A stretch of DNA of 64,000 nt from the human T2T-CHM13v2.0 reference genome, Homo sapiens. The stretch is taken from assembly GCF_009914755.1 (NCBI RefSeq), contig NC_060935.1; one strand, written 5' to 3'. Made by a program: the position numbers and the translations under genes. Positions 38,521 through 51,262 of the stretch are shown here, piece after piece (within the stretch, counting starts at the first letter, position 1; each line of letters begins with the position of its first letter). The notes beneath the pieces are model-generated. The model was not told the origin of the DNA. It searched no databases and was given only the letters and a program-made list of their open reading frames with translations.

Positions 38521-39369
38521 AATTTCCCACCATACACCAGGCTCTCACTGGTAGATTTCTGAACAAGAGAGAGGCGTGAAAAATCAGTATTTTTGAAAGA
38601 TTGGCCTGGCACAATTGTGAATGATGGACATGGAGAGGGAAGACTCTGGAGAGCAGAAACTGGAACCTTAATTTTGGGAGCAAATGATACAGGCTGGACT
38701 TGGGAAATGCTAATGGAAAAGAGAAAAAGGACATAGCCAAAAAATGTTTGGAAGAAAGAACCTGTATTAGATGGATTTGGTCATTGAGATAGCTTTTTTT
38801 TTTTTTTTTAAAGTCTTAATGATTTTTCTCTCCAGTTTCCAGTGGTTTCAACTACATTCTCTATAAACCTGCAGCCATTTAAAAAAATCATAAAACATTA
38901 AAAAGGAGTAATAGCCCAAGGCTTTCACTTTTGACAGGTTTATTCAAGGACATCTAGTTCTCATAATTAGTTTCCAGAAGGTGTGAGCTCTACCTACAGT
39001 GTTTCAAAGAAATAGTTTAACTTTCTCCAGGTTGTGTGATAGGAAAATTCATTTAGCCACTGTTGCAGCTTTCCACACATCCAGAGCTACACAGACTGTT
39101 TTTCTGTAACATACGGAGAAAGAACAATGAAGGCACAGTCCTCTGAGATGTCTGAAATTCATGCCCACGTTTCCATGGAATTTCTGGTAACAAGACATCT
39201 GGAACCTTGCTATCAGCAGTCTGCCACAAGCAACTGGTCCCTATTTCTGAGGTAGGTCTGCACAACAGAGGCTCCTGATGTTTCATGAGAGGAGTTAATT
39301 TTCTTTTCATAAGGCCTTGCTGTCACCTGCAGTTACATGAACTAAGATAAAAGTCCAGGTTCTGGATAA

Positions 39370-39680
39370 TACTTCAGGTTCATTGGTTGCAAGCAATAAA
39401 AACAGATGCAGGCCAGTTTAAGCCAAAAAAAAAAAAAAAAAAAAATCATGGGAAGATTCCAGGGTATTTTATGGGACTGAAAGGAAGCCAAAATGTCAGT
39501 GAAATTGGGCAGCTTTGGGAATCTCAGCAGCAGGACTTGGTGGACCTCTGTAGATTTCTGAAATTGATGTAGTCCGGCTCTGAGGACTGAGATGTCTCTA
39601 ATTCAAATTCCCAGGAAATAATTTGGTTGACCCAGTTAGATGTGGGGCACCCCCTGTGTATGACAGGCCATTTCCAGAAT
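39370..39680 (-). mobile_element. Old MLT1 (K/L-like) LTR fragment
   Basis: GGTTCATTGGTTGCAAGCAATAAAAAC...TTAAGC(A)n...TTCAAATTCCCAGGA. Confidence 0.5.
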
Positions 39681-40129
39681 GGGGACTCAGACCCAGTTAG
39701 GCAGGAATCCCATGACATGCCTACAATAATGGCCTTGGAGTAGGATAGATCCGGGTTAAATCCCAGCTGTTCTGCATTCATTCATTCATAAATATTTATT
39801 GGGAGTCTATTGTGTTCTATACATATTTTATACTTATGGGTGTTTAATAAATATGGGTTTCCCCTTTCTGAGAGGAGCGTAGAATATAGAGACATTCCCT
39901 GGTGTATGTGGGTTCTGATAGTCAAGTTCCTTAATAAAGAAATGGTTTATAAACATCCACCCTCACCCTCACCCTCACCGCTTCTATTAAGAATTAAGGC
40001 AAGCTACAGAGGACCCCTGATGGAGAAGGGTTATTTAGAGCAGTAAATGGCTAGGTGAACTACTGGATAAGACTTCAAGACTGAGTTTATAAGTGTGAAT
40101 TTGTACAATTTTTCAGGAGAGTAAATAGT

Positions 40130-40722
40130 ACCAAAGCCTTAAAAATGTATATTTTTTGACCCAGAAATTTTATTTCTAGGCATTTATCCAATGGAAATAA
40201 TCTGACAAGTATAGAAATAAAATGTTCAACATAGCAGGCTTAGAATTTGGAAATACTATGAATGTCCAACAAAACAGGATTGGTTGAGTTTTATCATAAT
40301 AAAATATATGTAATGGACAACCTACATTTTATTAATATCATGTAAAAGACTATTGAAAGATGCTAAGCAATGCAAAGAGCTTGTAAAACTGTATAATTCT
40401 TTTTTGTTGAAGAAGCAAGGAAAAGTATATATATAGATGATGTAATCTATATATAAATATATATAATCTATAATATAATATTGATTATATAATCTATGTA
40501 TATAGATGCATAAAGGTCTAGAATCTCTAGATATTTACGTATAAATACAATCTATATTATTTATATAATATAATCTATATATTGTATATAAATATCTAGA
40601 GAAAACTACTGAATTTTTTATTAGAGATATAGGGGTTTACACTTTTTACTTTTTATTGCTTGTTTGTATTTTCAAATTTTTAATAATAAAAATTACTATT
40701 TTTATAATTTGGAAATAAAAAA
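40130..40722 (+). mobile_element. Old L1ME/L1MC 3' end with internal TA-rich degenerate tract
   Basis: TTTGACCCAGAAATTTTATTTCTAGGCATTTATCC...AATGTCCAACAA.ACAGGATTGGTT; TA-rich from ~40426 to 40600. Confidence 0.65.
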
Positions 40723-41801
40723 TTATTAATATTTAAAAAGATCTCGGTGGTGCCAATTTGCTAGCTGGGGAAACTCTGCAATGAAGGACATTGTATTGTT
40801 TAGCTTCCTATTTTAATTAATCCACCAGAGCCTGCTTCACTTGCTGTTGTCAGAATCTTTAAGGAAAAGCTGATCTTTTCTTTTTCCCTGCCCCCTCCTA
40901 ACAAAAGGAGCATTAAAATAGTTTTTCCTAGGCCACTATAGAACATCTCCAGTTGAGAAGTGACTTAGGGCCATTAAAAGGCAGTATTAACAGAAGGCTT
41001 GTGAGGGACTTGCAGATAAAAGTAAACAAGTGACATGGAAGTGCTGGGTCCTGCTGGGGCCGCAGAGTTCTTGTCCTCCTGTCCTGCAGTTAGGGCAGCC
41101 AGGAGAAGCCTGTGATTTATGTCTCTGCTATCTGCGCCTGTTATATTAAGTGGATCTTGGGGTAGATCATGCCTCTCCTTGAGCCATGAAAGCAGAACAA
41201 TTCTAGTCTGCTTCTTCCCTTGGGCTGTTTTTATCTTACAAAGTTTAAAAGGAAGGAAAAAAATGGACACCCTTAGAATATCTACCAAGTACTTTTTTTT
41301 TTTTTGAGGATAAACTCTTCATTCTCTGCTGTTTAACTTGAAATTATAATAAAATGTTTCCTAGATATTATGTTGAAATAAATGACATGACTGTTAACCT
41401 CCCCAAGTCCATGCTTAGGCAGCTCAAATGCTGATGTCTTTTCTATTGATTGGTTGGCAAGGGCTTTCTTGAATTAAAGGCTTTATGGAGTAAAACCCAG
41501 CTGTATGTTTTGAATGTTAATTTCTGACCACTCTGCATCTCTGTATCTTGGTTTACTCATCTGTATGATGGAGGTCAAAATACGTATCTTAGTATTTTGA
41601 AGTTTAGGTATCATAAATGTAGTACACCTACCATGTGCTCTGGTACATTAGGATGCACTAAAACCTGATAACAATATCACAAATTAGGACTATACATCAC
41701 AGTCATGGAAATTCAAATCAAAATGGCTTATTTAATAAGGGAAATTTATTGGCTGATATATCTGAAAAGATAAGGGGTAGGAGTAGCTTCAGGTGAGATC
41801 T

Positions 41802-42030
41802 TTCCTCTCTCCTCTCTTTCTCTCCTCTCTCCTCTCTCTCCTCTCTCTCTCCTCTCTCCTCTCTCTCTCTCCTCTCTCCTCTCTCTCTCTCCTCTCTCCT
41901 CTCTCTCTCTCCTCTCTCCTCTCTCTCTCTCCTCTCTCTCTCTCCTCTCTCCTCTGTCTCTCTCCTCTCTCTCTCTCCTCTCTCCTCTCCCCTCCTCCTC
42001 CCCTCCCCCTCCCCTCTCCCCTCCCCTCCT
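41802..42030. repeat. CT-rich repeat (CTCTCTC/CT units) occupying the L1PB tail position
   Basis: About 230 bp that is almost entirely C/T. Confidence 0.92.
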
Positions 42031-42762
42031 TATTTTTCCATAGGTTATTGGGGTACAGGTGGTATTTGGTTACATAAGTAAGTTCTTTAGTGGTGCTTTG
42101 TGATATTTTGGTGCATCCATCTCTCGAACAGTATACACTGTACCCTATTTGTAATCTTTTATCCCTTGCCCCTCTCCCACCCTTCTCCCCAAGACCCCAA
42201 AGTCCATTGTATCATTCTTGTGGCTTTGCATCTTCATCACTTAGCTCTCACATATCGGTAAGAACATACAGTGTTTAGTTTTCCATTCCTGAGTTACTTC
42301 ACTTAGAATGATAGTCTCCAATCTCATCCAGATCACTGCAAATGCTGTTAATTCATTCCTTTTTATGGCTGAGTAGTGTTCCATTGTATATATATATACC
42401 ACAGTTTCTTTATCCACTCATTGGTTGATGGGCATTTGGGTTGGTTCCATGATTTTGCAAATGCAAACTGTGCTGCTATAAACATGAGTGTGCAAGTATC
42501 TTTTTCATATGATGACTTCTCTTCCTCTGGGTAGATACCCAGTAGTGGGATTGCTGGAACAAATGGTAGTTCCACTTCTAGTTCTTTAAGGAATCTCCAC
42601 ACTGTTTTTCATAGTGGCTGTACTAGTTTGTATTCCCACCAGCAGTGAAGAAGTGTTCCCTGATCACCGCATCCATGCCAACATCAATTGTTTTTTAATT
42701 TTTTGATTATGGCCATTCTTGCAGGAGTGAGCTGGTATTGCATTGTGGTTTAGATTTGCATT
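42030..42762 (-). mobile_element. L1PB1-like 5'-truncated 3' end
   Basis: GGTTATTGGGGTACAGGTGGTATTTGGTTACAT.AGTAAGTTCTTTAGTGGTG; ORF2 C-terminal remnant [23 protein letters not shown]; TSD GCTT(G)CAGGTGAGAT at 41786 and 42763. Confidence 0.9.
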
Positions 42763-42786
42763 GCTTGCAGGTGAGATTTGATTCAC

Positions 42787-43082
42787 TTTTTTTTTTTTTT
42801 TTTTTTTTTTGAGATGGAGTCTCGCTCTGTCACCCAGGCTGGAGTGCAGTAGCCCGATCTCAGCTCACTACAACCTCTGCCTCCTGGGCTCAAGCAACTC
42901 TCCTGCCTCAGCCTCTTGAGTAGCTGGGACTTCAAGCGCCCACCACCATGCCCGGCTAATTTTTGTATTTTTAGTAGAGACCATGTTGGCCAGGCTGGTC
43001 TTGAGCTCCTGACCTCAAGTGATCTGCCTGCCTCAGCCTTCCAAAGTGTTGGGATTACTGGTATGAGCCACCGCGCCCAGCC
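42787..43082 (-). mobile_element. AluSz-like element with a ~10-nt internal deletion
   Basis: GACCTCAAGTGATC diagnostic; GTAGAGA joined directly to CCATGTTGG; near-TSD TGATTCACT/TGATACACT. Confidence 0.92.
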
Positions 43083-44235
43083 TGATACACTCAATAGTGG
43101 CACCAAGGAAAAGTTTTCTTTTATCTCCCATCCCACCTGCTTTCCCTATCTGCTCTGCTGTGCTCTGCTGTCTGTTCCTCTTGATGCTCTAGGATCTTCT
43201 CTTTTGATTGTAATAGTTCTAGATGGCAGATTGTTACTTTCTATCATATAGAGGAAAAAAGAAAAAGTCTCTTATGGTATTTCTAGTTGCAGAGAGAAGA
43301 GGTTTTACTTTACCTGAAGCTGCAGCAACATATTTTCATGTTTCACTGGCTCTGACTTTCATTTCATTTCATACCAAACATTTTAGCCTGGGAAATGGAT
43401 ATGTTAATCAGCTTGGGTCAATCAAATTCCATCCATAGTGTTCAGGTTGAGTTGGATCCAACCCAAGCTACACAGCTGAGAATGGAGAAAAGGTGGCTTT
43501 ATAAAGGAAATGTGGTACTCCTAGAAGGACAAGGGATAGATGGTAAACTGCAAACAACAGATGTTTATCCCTATGGTTTTAATTTGTGTTTCCCTGATAA
43601 ATAATGATAGTGAGCAATTTTCATGTGTTTATTGGCTTTTCCTCTTTTTTAAAGTGACCAATTCTTTTGCTCATTAAAAAAAATTATTTCCTTACTGATT
43701 TGTAGGAGTTCTTTTTGCATTTTAGATATAAACACTTTGCCAGTGATATGTGTGGCAAATATCTTCTCCCATCTGGGGCTTGCCTTGTCACTCTCTTAAT
43801 GGCATCTTCTGATGAACAGAAGTTTTTAATTTGAATAAATTTCAATTTATCAATGTCATCCCTTTGACATATACTTTTAATGCCCTGGTTAAAAACCCTT
43901 TTCCAACCCCAAACTATCATTGATGTTATTTTTATTGTTTATTTTACCCTTCACATCTAGGTCTGCGATCCATCTGGAATTAAATGCAGTATATGAAACA
44001 GGTTGGGCCTGAAAATGTTTTTTTGGAGAGAAAGTTTTAAATTACAAATGCAATAGCTGATATGTATTCATGTTTTTTGTTTGTTTGTTTTAGTTTTGGT
44101 AGTTGTTGTGTCTTTCCAAAGATGTGTTAATTTCACTTAAATTGTTAAATTTATTGGCATTAAGTTTTAGTAGTATCACTAAAGGATAAGGAAATATCCT
44201 TAAACATTAAAGCATTATTCTTTTAGTGTTTATAG

Positions 44236-44573
44236 TAGGGCTTGGCAAACCTTTTTCTGTAAAGGGCCAGGCAGTACATCTTTTAAACTTAATGAGCCAT
44301 ACAGTCTCTGTCACAATTATTCAACTCCTCTCTTGTCATGTGAAAGCTGCCACAGATAATAGGTAAATGAATGAGCATGGCTGTGTTCCAATGAAACTTT
44401 ACTTGTGGATCCCAAAATTTAGATTTCATATAATTTTCAGGTTTCATACAATATTGTTTTTCTTTTGATATTTTTCTCAGTTATTAAAAAAAGTAAAAAC
44501 CATTCTTGGCTTGTAGGATGTACAAAAACAGGTGGAGACTGGATTTGTCCCATGGACCGTAGTTTGATACCTG
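44236..44573 (+). mobile_element. MER58B (hAT-Charlie)
   Basis: GGCAAACCTTTTTCTGTAAAGGGCCAG...GGCTGTGTTCCAATGAAACTTTA...CCGTAGTTTG; 8-bp TSD GTTTATAG/TTTTATAG. Confidence 0.88.
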
Positions 44574-45424
44574 TTTTATAGTGTCTAGAGTATTAGCTTC
44601 TGTTTCATTCTCTAATTGAAAATTGGTGCTTTCTCTCATTTTTTCTTGATTATTTTTGCTGGAGCTTTTCAATTTTATTGATCTTTTTAAGAAGACATTT
44701 TTGGCTTTGCTGCTTTTCTCTACAATTTGCCTATCTTCTATTTTACTAATTTCTGTTCTTAACTTTATTATTTCTTCTACTTATTTTATATTTAATTTGA
44801 TTTTTTCTTCTTCTTATGGTAAGATCTTAGGTCATCAACTTTAACATTCCTTTCCTTTTTAAAACAAGAATTTCAACTTATATATTGCTCCCTCTAAGCA
44901 TTATTTTAAATGTACCTCACACATTTTGTTAGACTATATTGATACATTAATTCAGTTTATAGCATTTTAAAATTTGCCTTGTGACTTCTTCAAATTAAGG
45001 CTTATTTAGAAGTGTGTTGCTTAATTTTCAAATATTTGATATTTTTGTTATTTTTTTATCATTGGTTTCTAATTCTGTTGTGCTTAGAGAATATATTTTA
45101 TAAGATTTTAATCTTCTGAAATCTGAGACTTCTTTAATAGTATGAAATATAGCCTCTCTTGGTGAACATCCCATGTACACTTGAACGAAATATTTACTTT
45201 ATACTTGTTGGGTTAGATATCAATTTGGTCAAGTTGGCAAATAATTTTGTTCAAATATTCTATAACTTTCTTGAATTTTTTCCCATTCTGTCAGCAAATT
45301 TCCAACTGTGATTGTGGATTTGTTTGTTTTTCTGTTTGGTCCTGTTAAATGTTTGCTTTATGTATTTTGAAGCCCTCTTGTTAAGTACATCATCGCGCCC
45401 TTTTTCATTAAGGAGTATTCCTCT

Positions 45425-45940
45425 TCACTTTTGGGAATATATCCAAAAGAAAGGAAAGCAAGAACTTGAAGAGATACTTGTACACCTGTGTTAGTAGCAG
45501 CATTATTTACAATAGCCAAAAGGTGAAAGCAACTCAAGCGTCCACTGACAGGTGAATGGAAAAACAGAATGTGATGTATACATACAATGGGATATTATTC
45601 AGCCTTAGAAAGAAAGGACATTCAGATGCATGCTACAACATAGATGAACATTGAGGACATGCTAGGTGAAATAAGCCTATCACAAAAGACAAATACTGCA
45701 TGATTTCAGTTACATGAGGTATAGAAACAGAAAGCAGCATGGTAGTTTTCAGGGGTTACAGGAAGGAGGAAATGAGAAGGTAGTGTTTACTGGGTACAGA
45801 GTTTCAGTTTGGAAAGATGAAAAAAGTTCTAGAGATAAATGATGGTGATGACTGCACAACAATATAAAGATACTTAATGCCATAGAACTGTACACTTAAA
45901 AATAGTTAACATTGTAAATTTTATGTATATTTTACAATTT
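45425..45940 (+). mobile_element. L1MB (about MB3) 3' fragment
   Basis: GGGTACAGAGTTTCAGTTTGGAAAGATGAAAAAAGTTCTAGAGA...GAACTGTACACTTAAAAAT. Confidence 0.88.
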
Positions 45941-48900
45941 TGTAAAAGTGCAAGAACCTTACAATGATATATTCTATTTATTTCTATACTGTCTTATGGT
46001 TGTCATAGATTTTACTTCTACATATGTTAAAAATTCTGCATAGTACAATGTTATCAATTTTGCCTTATAAAACATTAAGAGAAAAAGCTACAGTTTTTTA
46101 TTTACCCATGTATTGGACATTTCTGGCACTCTTCTGTAGATCTGAGTTTCCATTTGTATTATTTCTCTTTAGTTTGAAGAGAAACTAGTTTAGTTTGCAT
46201 CTCTTTAATTTGGCTTTAGCATTTCCTGTAGTGTAGATGAACTGGCAACAAATTCTTTCAGCTTTTGTTTATCTGAAAATGTATTTATTAACCGTCTTTT
46301 TAGAAGGCTATTTTGCCAGATCTAAAACTCTTAATTAACATTTTTTAATACTTTAAAGAAGTCATTCCATTTTATTTTCCCTCCATTGTATTTGATGAAA
46401 GGTAACTTCTTACTATCATTGTTCTTCTATACATAATGTGCCAGTGTTCTGACTGCTTCGAAGATTTTTTTTTTTATTTTTGGATTTTGACAACTTGGAT
46501 ATGATGTATCCAGGTAGGGTTTTATTTTTGTATTTATTTTGCTTGAATTTTGCCAGACGTTTTGGATCCATAGGTTGATTTCTGTTACCAAATTTGTGAC
46601 ATTTTCAACTATAATTTGTTCAAATAGCTTTTCTACCTCATTTTTTTCTCCTCTCCTTCATAGTGTCCAATTACATGTATGTTAGACCACTTCATATTTT
46701 TCCAAATGTAACTGAAGCTCTGGCAATTAGAAAAAGTTTTTGTTTCCTCTCTGTTTCTTCTATTCACTAAATAGAATCAATTTCTATTGATTTACTTTTG
46801 AGTTTATTTACTCTTTATTCTGCATAGTCTAATCTGCTTTAGGCTCATTTGGTGAAATTTTCATTTCAAATATTAAAATTTTTGATTTGAGAATTTTTAT
46901 TTGGTTCTTTTAAAAAATAACTTCGGTTTCTTTGTTTAGGTTACCTGTTAGCTCATTATACTTATCTTTTTCTTTAAATCCTTGTACACATTTCTAATAG
47001 TTGTTTTAAACTTCTTCTCTGGTTATGCTAATATCTTGGTTATCTTTGGTCCCTTTTTTTGACTTCTAGTCTCTTAATTATGGGTCCCTTTACATGTCTA
47101 GTATTTTTAATTATATGCTGTGCATTGTGGATACTATATTGAAAGGAGTCTGGATTATGCTGTCTTCTTTTAAAGGATGTTGAATTTTGTTCTGGTGGGC
47201 AATTAAATTATTGGAGGAATTCCTTGATTCTGTCGAGCTTGGTTTTGGGCTTTGTTAGGGTGAGTTCATTTTTGTGTTGTCTTTAGTCTTAGAGCATAAC
47301 CCTTATTCTAGGGTGTGGTCTTTACTCCTAAGGAATGGTCCTTCTAGGCTCCCAAATGATGTTCTAGGATTTTGAATGTTTTCACAACAAAGAACAATAA
47401 ATGCTTATGGTGATAGATATGGTAATTAACATGATTTGATCATTATACAATGTATACATGTATGGAGATAGTCATTTTTATACATTGAGAAGACATGGGT
47501 AATGCATGAACCTAGCCAATGCTGGCTTGATTGCCTCTATTACCTATTTCCTTTGAGCCAATCTGTGTGATATATCTTTAAATGTAAAATTTCAGAGAAT
47601 AGAGACATATCTTAACCTGAGCTTGCTTCAAAAGGGAGCTCATGAGTATGTTTTAATGATAAGATCAAGAAACAGCATGAAAAATAATCTACTGCTAAGT
47701 ATGGCTGGTGGCAAATTATTGTTAATAAACTAGCTGCCTTTTTTGAGTGCTGGCTCACTATCGTATGTCTGTTCTGCACTCACCATGGCGCTCATGTAGG
47801 TTGTATTACATTAAGTTAAATTCATCAAACATTTATTGGAGGCCTATTGTGCACAGGCAGATAGTCTGTGGGATACAAAATGGATCTTGAAAACTGACTG
47901 CAAGAAGAAAGTATCTTGGTTTCGTTCAGACTTTCAGTATTCACAAAGTTAATTCATGGTGTAACAATTCATATACCCAACAACAGAGAAAAATTAGAGA
48001 AAAATATAGATTTCTTACTATTCCATGTAGCTACTTGAAACAAATTATTATCTTAACAGCTGGCATCAGACTTTCTCTTAAGGAGGAAATTGTCTGTTTA
48101 GGGAAATATCTTGATAAGATGTTTCAACAAAAAGTGAGACATTGAAGTGATGGTTTAGTGGGGGGTAAAACAACAAAAGACATGAAAAGCTTTTCATTAG
48201 CTGTGAAGAGAACATTGTTGGAACGGGGAGGCCAAAAAGGAGGTGCAATGTGAGAGTGCCCTAGGATGGTTCAGAACAAAGATGTCTAATTTCAGTGTTA
48301 GGTGTTTGTGTTGTGGTGAAAGAAACTCTCTTTATATCCCTCCCACAAACCTTTAGTTAACTTTGCCATACACGCAAAGGCTGTGTTTGTGTGTGTGTGG
48401 CGGGGGGGATGGGAGGTGGGGGAGAAAGAGTGGAATTGGGGTAGAGGGAGAGAGAGAGAGCAAGAGCGATAGAAAGAGATGGAAAGGGACAGTATTCCAC
48501 ATCTGTAATGACACAACACTCAGGATGGGGAAAAAAACAGGATCATTAGGTGAGTCAATCTCTAAACTGAATGAATTCTGCAAAACTGTGGTAGAGGTGA
48601 CTAAGAGAATGTGGATATCCACACCTTGGACCTTGAACGTAGAGATATTGCTGGGAAATCATAGTATTATGCATCAGTCTTGTCTATATCCTGAGTGTCC
48701 CCATGACCCTGATCATGTCAAAGCTGCAAGATACTGCCTTAAAAAATCTTGTTATTTTATTTGTCCTTTTATTATTTATTTTCTGTATTATGTCTTCCCC
48801 ATCCTCCCCATCCCATCCCTTGAATCTAAGCCTCTCGAGTAGGATCTTGCCTGTCTTGTTTACTGCTGTAACCCTAAAGCTTGGCACACTACCTAGTACA

Positions 48901-48979
48901 ACAGTAGGCACTTGGTATGATTTGGCTCTGTGTCCTCACCCAAATCTTATGTTGGATTATAATTCCCAGTGTTGGAGGA

Positions 48980-51262
48980 TGTATTAGTCTATTTTCATGC
49001 TGCTGATAAAGACATCCCCGAGATGTGATGATAAAGAGGTTTAACTGGCCTTACAGTTCCACGTGGCTGGGGAGGCCTCAGAATCATGGTGGGAGGCAAA
49101 AGGCACTTCTTACATGGCAGCTGCAAGAGAAAATGAGGAAAAAGCAAAGCAGAAACCCCTGAAAAACTCATCAGATCTCATGAGACTTATTGACTATCAC
49201 GAGAATAGCATGGGAAAGACTGACCCCCATGATTCAATTACCTCCCCCTAGGTCCCTCCCACAACGTGTGGGAATTCTGGGAGATACAATTCAAGTTGAG
49301 ATTTGGGTGGGAACACAGCCAAACCATATCATTCCGCCCCTGGCCCCTCCAAATCTCATGTCCTCACATTTCAAAAGCAATCATGCCTTCCCAACAGTCC
49401 CCCAAAGTCTTAACTCATTTTAGCATTAACCCAAAAGTCCACAGTCCAAAGTCTCATCTGAGACAGGGCAAGTCCCTTCCCCCTATGAGCCTATAAAATT
49501 AAAAGCAAGCTAGTTACTTCCTAGATACAATGGGGGTACAGGTATTGGGTAAATACAGCAGTTCCAAATACAAATGGGAGAAACTGGCCAAAACAAAGGG
49601 GTTACAGGGCCCATGCAAGTCCAGAATTCAGTGGGGCAGTCAAATTTTAAAGCTCCAAAATGATCTCCTTTGACTCCAGGTCTCACATCTAGGTCACACT
49701 GATGCAAGAGGTGGGTCTTGGACAGCTCTGCCCCTGTGGCTTTGCAGTGTACAGCATCTCTTCTGGCTGCTTTCAAGGGCTCGTGTTGCCTGTCTGTGGC
49801 TTTTCCAGGCCCATGGTATAAGCTCTTGGTGGATCTAACATGCTGGGGTCTGGAGGACAGTAGCCCTCTTCTCACAGCTCCACTAGGCAGTGTCCCAGTA
49901 GGGACTCTGTGTGGGGGCTCTGACTTCACATTTCTCTTCTGCGTTGACCTAGCAGAGGTTCTCCATGAGGGCCCACCCCTGAAGCAAACTTTTGCCTGGG
50001 CATCCAGGCATTTCTATACACCTTCTGAAATCTAGGCAGAAGTTCCCAAACCTCAATTCTTGACTTCTGTGCACCTGCAGGCTCAACACCATACGGAAGC
50101 TGCCAAGGCTTGCAGCTTCCACCCTCTGAAGCCACAGCCTGAGTTATACGTTGGTCCCTTTCAGCCAAGGCTGGAGTAGCTGGGACACAGGTGGGACACA
50201 GGCTGGAGCAGCTGCACACAGCACAGGAACCCTGGGCCTGGCCCACAAAGCCACTTTTTCCTCCTGGGCCTTCAGACCTGCAATGGGAGGGGCTGCTGTG
50301 AAGGTCTCTGACATGGCCTGGAGACATTTTCCCCAAGGTCCTGGGGATTAACATTAGGCTCCTTTCTACTTGTGCAAATTTCTGCAGCTGGCTTGAATTT
50401 CTCCCCAGAAAATGGGTTTTTCTTTTCTCTTGCATTGTCAAGCTGCAAATTTTCCAAACTTTTATGCTCTGCTTTCCTTATAAAACTGAAGGCCTTTAAC
50501 AGCACCCAAGTCACCTCTTGAATGCTTTGCTGCTTAGAAATTTCTTCCGCCAGATACCCTAAATCATCTCTCTCCAGTTCAAAGTTCCACAAATCTCTAG
50601 GACAGGGGCAAAATGCCACCAGTCTCTTTGCTAAACATAACAAGAGTCACCTTTGCTCCAGTTCCCAACAAATTCCTCAACTCCATCTGAGACTACCTCA
50701 GCCTGGATTTCATTGTTGATATCACTATTAGCATTTTGTTGAAAGCCATTCAACAAGTCTCTAGAAGTTCCAAACTTTCTCACATTTTCTTGACATCTTC
50801 TGAGCCCTCCAACCTATTCCAACCTCTGCCTGTTACCTGGTCCCAAAGTCCCTCCCACATTTTTGGATATCTTTTCAGCAGCACCCCACTCTACTGGTAC
50901 CAATTTACTATATTAGTCCATTTTCATGCTGCTGATAAAGACATACCCGAGACTGGGATGAAAAAGCGATTTAAATGGACTTACAGTTCCACATGGGTGG
51001 GGAGACATCAGAATCATGGTGGGAGGTGAAAGGCACTTCTTACATGGCAGCAGCAAGAGAAAATGAGGAAGAAGCAAAAGTGGAAACCCCTGATAAACCT
51101 ATAATATCTCATGAGACTTATTCACTGTAATTAGAATAGCAAGGGAAAGACTGGCCCCCATGATTCAGTTACCTCCTCCTGGGTCCCTCCCACAACATGT
51201 GGGAATTCTGGGAGATACAATTCAAGTTGAGATATGGGTAGGGACACAGCCAAACTGTATCA
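48980..51262 (-). mobile_element. Full-length THE1A MaLR: LTR 48980-49331, internal region 49332-50908, LTR 50909-51262
   Basis: Two ~353-bp direct repeats with THE1A-type GCTGCTGATAAAGACAT and GGGAATTCTGGGAGATACAATTCAAGTTGAG; perfect TSD GAGGA at 48975-48979 and 51263-51267. Confidence 0.95.
49510..50643 (-). pseudogene. Frameshifted remnant of the MaLR internal ORF
   Basis: Peptides LAKRLVAFCPCPRDLWNFELERDDLGYLAEEISKQQSIQ and EPPHRVPTG lie in different frames. Confidence 0.75.

Larger units (their letters stand above)
41690..43573 (-). mobile_element. MLT1J/K-like LTR split by L1PB and AluSz insertions
   Basis: AAGGGAAATTTATTGGCT.ATATATCTGAAAAG...GCTTCAGG at 41.7 kb continues after 43083 to CAAACAACAGATGT. 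Confidence 0.55.
43574..47360 (-). mobile_element. Fragmented old L1ME-type element (ORF2 pieces through the 5' region) hosting MER58 and L1MB insertions
   Basis: Decayed ORF2 (DKLKFIQIKNFCSSEDAIKRV.RQA) at 43.7-43.9 kb; L1M ORF1/5' motifs at 46.0-47.35 kb. Confidence 0.7.

Noticed and set aside
48363-48842. 159-aa ORF
   Set aside because: TTG start; runs through GT/GA low-complexity sequence into an L2; no homology recognised.
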